The translations under genes and the position numbers were made by a program. Source: a virus. Taken from it: a DNA stretch of 64,000 nucleotides. The DNA lies in the IMG/VR virus record IMGVR_UViG_3300027631_002653, positions 1 through 64,000 of that record; one strand, given 5' to 3'. Below, in pieces: positions 10,297 to 17,460 of the stretch; within the stretch, counting starts at the first letter, position 1; each line of letters opens with the position of its first letter. The notes under the pieces were generated by a model. The model saw only the letters and a program-made list of their open reading frames with translations, was not told where the DNA came from and did no database searches.

Positions 10297-10299
10297 AAT

Positions 10300-10503
10300 A
10301 TGAATACACAAACTGAATATAAATCTTTATACGAGTATTTAGGTCATCCTGCAGGTTCAGACCTAGGAAAAAAAGTAGCAGAATCCGCTGCAGCTGAAAA
10401 GGTTAGAATTTCTGTAAAAGATGTTAAAAATTCTAAATATGAAGGAAAAATCATGGTTTATCCTGTAGATTGGTTAGATTATTACTTCTCTAATATAAAA
10501 TAA
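10300..10503 (+). CDS. Hypothetical protein
   Basis: Tightly packed ORF. Confidence 0.6.
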   Translation: MNTQTEYKSLYEYLGHPAGSDLGKKVAESAAAEKVRISVKDVKNSKYEGKIMVYPVDWLDYYFSNIK

Positions 10504-10504
10504 T

Positions 10505-10654
10505 ATGAAAACAGAAACAAAAAAATCACCGGATGTAAATCCAGCATTTGAAGAAATGCTTAGAAAAGAATTAGATAAAATTTGGGAAAATCGCTTTAAC
10601 ATAAGCTTGAGAAACCTAGAAATTTTACGTAGATTAGCTAACAAATTATATTAA
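10505..10654 (+). CDS. Hypothetical protein (49 aa, not in ORF track)
   Basis: MKTETKKSPDVNPAFEEMLRKELDKIW...; exactly fills the gap before queC. Confidence 0.55.
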   Translation: MKTETKKSPDVNPAFEEMLRKELDKIWENRFNISLRNLEILRRLANKLY

Positions 10655-10655
10655 T

Positions 10656-11483
10656 ATGAAAAAACAAGCAGTATTATCACTAAGTGGAGGTATGGATAGC
10701 TCTACTTTGCTGCTTCGTCTACTTGCCAATGGCTACGAAGTAACAGCATTATCCTTTGATTATGGTCAAAAACACAACGTTGAGCTTGAACGTGCTCAAT
10801 CATTAGTTGATTATTTAAATTCACAATGTACTGAAAATAATTGTTACGGTGGATGTAAAATTACTTATCAAGTAATTAAATTAGATGGTTTAGCCCAATT
10901 ATTAAATTCATCATTAGTATCAGGTGGTTCTGAAGTACCTGAAGGTCACTATGCTGAAGAAAATATGAAGGCAACTGTAGTTCCAAATCGCAATAAAATA
11001 TTTAGTTCAATTATTCAAGCAGTTGCCTTATCAGTTGCTGAACAAAAGAATACTGAATGTGCTATTGCAATGGGGATACATAGCGGTGACCACAGTGTTT
11101 ATCCTGACTGTAGACAAGAATTTAGAGACATTGATTACCAAGCATTTCTATCAGGTAATTGGGGTGGTGAAAAAGTAATTTATTATACTCCATATCTTGA
11201 TACTGATAAATTTGGTATTTTAGAAGATGGTGCATCATGTTGTGAATGTTTAGGTATTGATTTTGATGAAGTATATTCACGTACAAATACATCTTATAAA
11301 CCAATTAAAATTAATAGGAAATGGTATAGTGATTATAAATCTGCTTCGTCTGTTGAGCGTGTAGAAGCGTTTATTAAATTAGGTCGTCCTGATCCTGCAG
11401 AATATGCTGATGCAAATGGAATTGTAACATGGGAACACGTAGTAAATGAAGTAACTAAAGTATTAGAAAGTCATGGAAACTAA
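10656..11483 (+). CDS. queC: 7-cyano-7-deazaguanine synthase
   Basis: SGGMDS, FDYGQKH, VVPNRN, YPDCR. Confidence 0.92.
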   Translation: MKKQAVLSLSGGMDSSTLLLRLLANGYEVTALSFDYGQKHNVELERAQSLVDYLNSQCTENNCYGGCKITYQVIKLDGLAQLLNSSLVSGGSEVPEGHYAEENMKATVVPNRNKIFSSIIQAVALSVAEQKNTECAIAMGIHSGDHSVYPDCRQEFRDIDYQAFLSGNWGGEKVIYYTPYLDTDKFGILEDGASCCECLGIDFDEVYSRTNTSYKPIKINRKWYSDYKSASSVERVEAFIKLGRPDPAEYADANGIVTWEHVVNEVTKVLESHGN

Positions 11484-11694
11484 GAAAAAACAACCCAAAA
11501 TGAATGTGTGGCAAGAATCACATAAGGAAATTAATTTTGATAAACTTCCTGATCCAAAAAATCACCAACTAATTAGCTTTCTTAAATCAGCAGTTAGAAT
11601 TACAGGTTACCTTGCTTTACCTTTTGGTATTGGACTAGGGGTAACTATTTTAGTTATCAGTGAACTTATAGGAATTATAGAAGAATTAGTATAA
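11473..11694 (+). CDS. Small membrane protein
   Basis: Hydrophobic C-terminus ending ISELIGIIEELV. Confidence 0.6.
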   Translation: METKKKQPKMNVWQESHKEINFDKLPDPKNHQLISFLKSAVRITGYLALPFGIGLGVTILVISELIGIIEELV

Positions 11695-11900
11695 TGGCTA
11701 AACAAAGAAAAAAATATACACCATCAAACATGTATGTTGTAATTAACAAACATGGAGAAGTATTTATAGGATTACAACGAGGTTATCCTGTATATTCTTC
11801 TAATTGGGATGAAGCAAAACCATTAAATAAGGAAAGTACCACTTATTTAATAGAAGAAAAAGGTACTGAATTAATATCCGAAAACGAATTTTATAAATAA
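11694..11900 (+). CDS. Hypothetical protein
   Basis: Stop/start overlap with the previous gene. Confidence 0.55.
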   Translation: MAKQRKKYTPSNMYVVINKHGEVFIGLQRGYPVYSSNWDEAKPLNKESTTYLIEEKGTELISENEFYK

Positions 11901-11905
11901 AAACA

Positions 11906-12154
11906 ATGAAACAACTATTTTATTTCTCCGCAGGGTGGTGTGTACCATGCCAAACCTTAGGTCCTATTATGGATCAAGTATCAACCCAAATCCAAGTACA
12001 AAAATTTAATATTGATTATGAAGCTGATCTTATTACAAAATATGGAGTTAAAAGTATTCCTACTGTAGTACTCGTGGAAAATGGACAAGAAGTACGTAGA
12101 TTTACAGGTGTAAAAAGTTATAATGATATAATTAGATTTGTTAACAATGGGTAG
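11906..12154 (+). CDS. Thioredoxin
   Basis: WCVPC active site, SIPT cis-Pro loop. Confidence 0.88.
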   Translation: MKQLFYFSAGWCVPCQTLGPIMDQVSTQIQVQKFNIDYEADLITKYGVKSIPTVVLVENGQEVRRFTGVKSYNDIIRFVNNG

Positions 12155-12704
12155 TTTTAGATCAACAAAAATATTTGATGGATACAGTTGTGTATTTCGT
12201 CAATGGAAAGCTGAAGGAACACATTGTCAGTTTCTTCATGGTTATGGAGTATCCTTTAAAGTATGGTTCGAAGGTGAATTAGACGAACGTAATTGGGTAT
12301 GGGATTTTGGAGGTATGAAACGTGCCAAAGGTACTATTGATGGTATGAATCCTAAATTATGGATGGATAATATGTTTGACCATACTGTTATTATATCTGA
12401 AGATGATCCATACTTAGAAAATTTTAAGGAAATGTGGAAAGATGGAATTATCCAATTACGAGTAATACCAGCAACAGGAGCCGAACAGTTCGCAAAATAC
12501 ATTTACGAAAAATTAAATACCTTTATTCAAGAAGAAACTAACGGACGTGTAAAAATAGTTCAAGTTGAGTTTAGGGAACATGAAAAAAATACAGCATTTT
12601 ATAAAGAAGATGTTAAACCTTTAGATGTTCAAGCACAGTTATCTAAAAAAGATATGGAAAATTATTTAAATAATTATCGTTCAAATTCTAAATATGAATT
12701 CTAA
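12147..12704 (+). CDS. queD: 6-carboxy-5,6,7,8-tetrahydropterin synthase
   Basis: HCQFLHGY, WDFGGMK, FDHT, GAE, EHEKN; start moved to ATG 12147. Confidence 0.88.
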   Translation: MGSFRSTKIFDGYSCVFRQWKAEGTHCQFLHGYGVSFKVWFEGELDERNWVWDFGGMKRAKGTIDGMNPKLWMDNMFDHTVIISEDDPYLENFKEMWKDGIIQLRVIPATGAEQFAKYIYEKLNTFIQEETNGRVKIVQVEFREHEKNTAFYKEDVKPLDVQAQLSKKDMENYLNNYRSNSKYEF

Positions 12705-13495
12705 TGGAAAAAGAATATAAAAAACCAAGTCGCATTCTCGACTATAATAAAAAATTACCTTTGTTAGAAATCTACCCTTGCATTCAAAGTGAAGGTAGTA
12801 GACAAGGAAGACCAACAATTGCAGTTAGAACAACAGGTTGTACTCACAGATGTTGGTTTGGTGAAGGGGGATGGTGTGATTCTTGGTATACAAGTATTCA
12901 TCCTGAAAAAGGTATTTATACATTTAATGACATTATTAAGGCATATGATGAAAATCCTCATATTACAGAAATGATGTTAACTGGAGGTTCACCTACAATG
13001 CACCCAGATTTAGTAAACGAATTAACCCATTTTGCACATGAAAGAGGCATTTTTATCACTATCGAAACTGAAGGTAGTCATTTTGTTGAAACTGATTATC
13101 CTATCGGTCTTATATCTCTCAGCCCTAAGTTTAGCAATAGCGTTCCTATGGTTGGGGTTCTCACTCCAGCAGGTAAAGAGGTTGATCAAAAAATGGTTGA
13201 CCAACATAATAAATTACGTTTAAATAAAGAAGCAATCACTCAAACCTTAGCTTACCATTCAGATTATCATTACAAACCAGTTTGGGATGGTACTGAAGCA
13301 GGTTTAGCAGAAATTGAAGCCTTTAGGGTTGAAATGAATATCCCTAAAAATAAAACATGGTTAATGCCAGCAGGTGATACTCGTGAAACATTAATTTATA
13401 TGTATCCTATCTCAATTGAAAAATGCATGGAAGTAGGTTATAACTGGACTGGTAGAGATCACATTATTTCTTACGATACAAAGAGAGCAGTTTAA
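12704..13495 (+). CDS. queE: 7-carboxy-7-deazaguanine synthase (radical SAM)
   Basis: IQSEG, RTTGCTHRC...WCDS, LTGGSP, IETEG, SLSPK. Confidence 0.9.
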   Translation: MEKEYKKPSRILDYNKKLPLLEIYPCIQSEGSRQGRPTIAVRTTGCTHRCWFGEGGWCDSWYTSIHPEKGIYTFNDIIKAYDENPHITEMMLTGGSPTMHPDLVNELTHFAHERGIFITIETEGSHFVETDYPIGLISLSPKFSNSVPMVGVLTPAGKEVDQKMVDQHNKLRLNKEAITQTLAYHSDYHYKPVWDGTEAGLAEIEAFRVEMNIPKNKTWLMPAGDTRETLIYMYPISIEKCMEVGYNWTGRDHIISYDTKRAV

Positions 13496-13499
13496 AAAT

Positions 13500-14174
13500 A
13501 TGAAAGACGCGTTAAATCAATTCCCTTATACTTTTACAATTGATTATTCTAATGGATTAAAAGTAATTGTTTATGATAATTTAGATTCTGAAAATTCTTT
13601 TTTGTCAAGAGTTTATATTAAAAAAACAAAAAACCAAAACAAATTAAAATGGGCTCACAATAGTGCTGGAGGACATTGGATTGAGGAAGAATTTATTAAC
13701 AGTGAAGAATTTTATTTACCTTGGGGAGAACATAATATTAAAAGTGATCATTTTTATGTTTATTATTATAAAGGTTTTGCCCCTTATTATATTGAAATTA
13801 CTGATAATAAAACGCAAGAAATAGTTTATAAAGAAGCATTTGATACTCGTCATAAATTAGTTAATTTTACTTTACATAGTAATGATCCAAAAACAATTCA
13901 TACTTGGATGTGTGTTATTGAAAAGTTTAAAAAAGATAATGAATGTCAAATTTCAATTACAAATGATTATCTTAAAGAAAATCAAATGTATGATTTTGTG
14001 GATTGTTATTGGAGCATAGAAGAAAATTTCCAACGTTTTTATGCTGGATATAATATTGGAAGATTTGGAACTGAAAATACTCCTGATTTGTTTCAAAATC
14101 CTGATGGAATTCAAGGTAAAAATGATTTAGAAATTATTGAAGATATATTATATCATTATACTAAAAGTTTATGA
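13500..14174 (+). CDS. Hypothetical protein
   Basis: Long ORF inside the que cluster; weak resemblance to 46490-46939. Confidence 0.55.
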   Translation: MKDALNQFPYTFTIDYSNGLKVIVYDNLDSENSFLSRVYIKKTKNQNKLKWAHNSAGGHWIEEEFINSEEFYLPWGEHNIKSDHFYVYYYKGFAPYYIEITDNKTQEIVYKEAFDTRHKLVNFTLHSNDPKTIHTWMCVIEKFKKDNECQISITNDYLKENQMYDFVDCYWSIEENFQRFYAGYNIGRFGTENTPDLFQNPDGIQGKNDLEIIEDILYHYTKSL

Positions 14175-14827
14175 ACAATGTATTAATGATAATGAATGCT
14201 AGAAATCTATCAGCATTTAAAGAATGTGTTAATAAATTAAATATATCTAAAGTTTGGTTTAAAGGATATCGTGAATTTGAACTTAATGATGAAATAAATA
14301 AATTTATTCAAGAAACAAATTTTGATAATTATTTTATAGTTTCTGATGATTTAGTCATTAATAAAAAAGATTTTGAATTTCTTGAAGACCAATTAAATTA
14401 TTATCCTATAGTAACAGGTTGGGGTGTTTGGAGACAAAATTGGGATTGGACTACTATTCATTTACAAAATAAAATCCATACTTTTAATCAAGGTGATAAG
14501 TTACCTATATTTAAAAAACATTATAATATAGTTAAAACTTATGAGATTGACAGTATGCCTGATGTTATTGAAACTGCATTTACTGGATGGTTTTATACGG
14601 GTATTAGACGTGATATATGGTTAAAATACCCATATCAAACAATGTCAATTAAACCTTGGATGCCGGGAGCATCAACAGATGCTCATTGGTCAAAACGAAT
14701 TTTAAAGGATAATATTTATAAACAAATATGCTTTAAACAAGCTAGAGTATTACATTTATCTTATTCTGGTAAAGATTATGAAGATTTAGATTTTACCGAC
14801 AAACAAATAATCACCGACTTTATATGA
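14171..14827 (+). CDS. Putative GT-A fold glycosyltransferase-like protein
   Basis: YFIVSDDLV (DxD-like), FTGWFYTGIRRDIW, STD and C-terminal VLH. Confidence 0.45.
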   Translation: MNNVLMIMNARNLSAFKECVNKLNISKVWFKGYREFELNDEINKFIQETNFDNYFIVSDDLVINKKDFEFLEDQLNYYPIVTGWGVWRQNWDWTTIHLQNKIHTFNQGDKLPIFKKHYNIVKTYEIDSMPDVIETAFTGWFYTGIRRDIWLKYPYQTMSIKPWMPGASTDAHWSKRILKDNIYKQICFKQARVLHLSYSGKDYEDLDFTDKQIITDFI

Positions 14828-15423
14828 AAAAAATTATATTAATTTTAACATTGATACTAATTTCAGTATCAACATTTGCTCAAACATTAAATGATAGTAT
14901 TCATTGGAATACACCCTATTATACAATTGATTACTCAGAAAAACTTGAACAACCAAAAAATATTTGGTATACAGTAGTTTGTCCTCATGGAATGGCTTCT
15001 AGGGTTGGAATGGAATTTTATGGTGAAGAAGGTATTAAAACCTCAGATAGTAAAGATTATGAAGCTAATGAATGGGATAAAGGTCATATGGTTCCAGCAG
15101 CCTCTTTAAATTGTGATAGAAATATGTTATGGGAAACATTTAGTTATATGAATTGTGCTTTACAACAACAATCTCTTAATCGTGGTGTTTGGAAAAAACT
15201 TGAAATGCAAGAACGTGAATTTTCAAAAGTTAACAATAACGTAAAAGTTTATATTAAAGTAGAATTTGATGCTAATCCAAAACGTGTACCAGCTGGAGCA
15301 GCTATTCCTAAAGGATTTTATAAAGAAATAACAATTGATAAAAGAACTAAATTTTGTTACTATTTTCCAAATATTGCTCCTATAACAAGTGATTTGAACA
15401 CATTTAAATGTAATTGCAGATGA
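14824..15423 (+). CDS. DNA/RNA non-specific endonuclease with signal peptide
   Basis: WDKGHMVPA, LNRGVWKKLE, IPKGFYK; N-terminal signal peptide. Confidence 0.88.
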   Translation: MKKIILILTLILISVSTFAQTLNDSIHWNTPYYTIDYSEKLEQPKNIWYTVVCPHGMASRVGMEFYGEEGIKTSDSKDYEANEWDKGHMVPAASLNCDRNMLWETFSYMNCALQQQSLNRGVWKKLEMQEREFSKVNNNVKVYIKVEFDANPKRVPAGAAIPKGFYKEITIDKRTKFCYYFPNIAPITSDLNTFKCNCR

Positions 15424-15704
15424 ATAAACAACTATTAATTGAAGCTTTAGATAATAAAAAGGATGTAATATTCTTTTTTAATTCTACTAGCTGTAAATCA
15501 TGTTCTGAGGTTAAACCTTTAGTAGAACAATTTGCTAAAACAAAAAATAAATCATTATTTATGGATGTTGTAGAGGGAACTCCCGATTCTGAATATTTAG
15601 AAAAATTTTGTGGAATTGAATTTTACCCAACTTTAATCCTCCTAGAATCGTCAGGTGCGTTAAAACGTTATGTAGGTAAAAATCAAATCAAAAGTATTAT
15701 ATGA
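15420..15704 (+). CDS. Thioredoxin-like protein
   Basis: CKSC, FYPT. Confidence 0.7.
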   Translation: MNKQLLIEALDNKKDVIFFFNSTSCKSCSEVKPLVEQFAKTKNKSLFMDVVEGTPDSEYLEKFCGIEFYPTLILLESSGALKRYVGKNQIKSII

Positions 15705-16213
15705 AAAAACAAATTTTATTTACAGAAAGTGAAATAAAAAATAAAGTAGGTGAAATTGCTCATAATCTTAAAAAAAGAGAACATGATTTTCCTCCCGTAT
15801 TTATATGCGTTTTAAACGGCGCTTTTATGTTTTTTACGGACTTGGTGAAGCGTGTAGGTGAATGCGAAATAGACTTTATACGCGCGAAATCTTACACGGG
15901 TATCACGCAGACTAGCGTCTCAATTTCTAAATCAATTGAAATAGATATTGCTCGAAAAGACGTATACCTAGTAGATGATATCTATGATACTGGGGAAACA
16001 ATGAAAGCATTGATTCAACATTTAAATCTTAACAATCCAAAATCAATCACTCCAATCACATTATTTAAGCGTTGGAGCTCCCACAACTCCGACTTAATTT
16101 ATGGTTTTGAATTAAAAACCGAAACTTTTTTAGTTGGATATGGATTAGATAATGAAAAAGGTCTTCAAAGAAATCAAAAATATATAACAGGTATAGCAGA
16201 TGATGTAAATTAG
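15701..16213 (+). CDS. hpt: Purine (hypoxanthine/guanine-type) phosphoribosyltransferase
   Basis: VLNGAFMFFTDL, AKSY, LVDDIYDTGET, FLVGYGLD...RN. Confidence 0.85.
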   Translation: MKKQILFTESEIKNKVGEIAHNLKKREHDFPPVFICVLNGAFMFFTDLVKRVGECEIDFIRAKSYTGITQTSVSISKSIEIDIARKDVYLVDDIYDTGETMKALIQHLNLNNPKSITPITLFKRWSSHNSDLIYGFELKTETFLVGYGLDNEKGLQRNQKYITGIADDVN

Positions 16214-16224
16214 ATAACATATAC

Positions 16225-16253
16225 TTGGAATACCAAAAGAGGATTAGTATATT
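16225..16253 (+). promoter_or_regulatory. TTGG-N19-TATATT promoter upstream of folE-mazG-like-polB
   Basis: TTGG 16225-16228, TATATT 16248. Confidence 0.65.
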
Positions 16254-16273
16254 ACATTAAAATAAAAAGTTAT

Positions 16274-16969
16274 ATGGAAAATAAAAGACGAAAAAACCAC
16301 ACTGATTTAGAGTGTGTTCAAACAGGTTTCGCTAATGGAGTTGCACCTGGATTCCCACTTACTGAAAAAGAAAAGTGGTCAATGGTTGATGAAGCTGAAG
16401 AAGCATATGGTAAATTCCTAACAGCATTAGGTTGTGATTGGGAAAATGATCCAAATTCAATGGAAACACCTCGCCGTGTAGCTAAAGCTTATGTATTTGA
16501 TTTATGGGCTGGTCGTTATGATGCAATGTCTAATATCACTTCATTCCCTTCAGACGGATATGATGGTATTGTAATTGAAAGAAACATTCCAATTAATTCA
16601 ATGTGTTCGCATCACCACCAAACAATTGGAGGCGTAGTTCATATCGGTTATGTAGTAGGTAAAGATGGACACGTAATTGGATTATCTAAATTAAACCGAA
16701 TTGTAGAATTATTCGGTCGTAGAGGAGCAATTCAAGAACAACTAACATCTGCTATTCACAATGCTGTAAATAAAATTTGTGAAAAAAATAGAGGTGTAAT
16801 TGTTACTGTAGTAGCAACTCACAACTGTGTTTCATGTCGTGGTATTAAACACCAAGGAGCTTCAATGGTTACAACCAAAGCATCAGGTGTGTTTATGGAA
16901 AATGATAATCAAGCACGTAAAGAGTTTTTTGATAGTTTAAAAATTAACAATGGTGGTCACCAAATTTAA
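16274..16969 (+). CDS. folE: GTP cyclohydrolase I
   Basis: ETPRRVAK, SMCSHHH, GLSKLNR, IQEQLT, HNCVSCRG. Confidence 0.93.
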   Translation: MENKRRKNHTDLECVQTGFANGVAPGFPLTEKEKWSMVDEAEEAYGKFLTALGCDWENDPNSMETPRRVAKAYVFDLWAGRYDAMSNITSFPSDGYDGIVIERNIPINSMCSHHHQTIGGVVHIGYVVGKDGHVIGLSKLNRIVELFGRRGAIQEQLTSAIHNAVNKICEKNRGVIVTVVATHNCVSCRGIKHQGASMVTTKASGVFMENDNQARKEFFDSLKINNGGHQI

Positions 16970-16974
16970 TAGTT

Positions 16975-17460
16975 ATGAATAGTAAAGAAAATTACGTACC
17001 GTTTGTAAGCGAGGTTGAAGAGTTCAACACTTTAATGAATAAACCTAACAACTATGTACCCACAATTCCAGAAAATAAAGCTGAATGGGAATTTGTTTAC
17101 AACTTCATTCTCGAGGAACTTGAAGAATATAAACAAGCTTGCGAAAGTGGAAACATCGTTGAGGTTTTGGACGCTTTGTGTGACATTACTTATGTATCCC
17201 TTGGGAACGGTGCTATGCTTCATGGTCTTAAGGATAAAGTTTGGCCAGCGTATATGGAAGTACAGGCGTCAAACCTTTCAAAAGCTTGCTCTACACAAGA
17301 AGAGGCTGAAGAAACTGTACAACTTCGTTCCAAAGAACAAGGCGAACTTTGTCATTATGAACAAGTTGGTGATAAGTACATTGTATATCGTAGCCGAGAC
17401 CGAAAGGTAATGAAAAATGTAAATTATTTTAGACCGAATCTTAAACAATTCTTTGAATAA
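16975..17460 (+). CDS. MazG-like all-alpha NTP pyrophosphohydrolase
   Basis: EELEE...EVLDALCDITYV, EVQASNLSK. Confidence 0.8.
   Translation: MNSKENYVPFVSEVEEFNTLMNKPNNYVPTIPENKAEWEFVYNFILEELEEYKQACESGNIVEVLDALCDITYVSLGNGAMLHGLKDKVWPAYMEVQASNLSKACSTQEEAEETVQLRSKEQGELCHYEQVGDKYIVYRSRDRKVMKNVNYFRPNLKQFFE

Noticed and set aside
10656-16969. que genes purely as auxiliary genes for tRNA queuosine
   Set aside because: No queF, queA or queG in the window, the TGT-fold gene is not a canonical Tgt, and the locus is joined to DNA replication genes; disfavoured but not formally excluded
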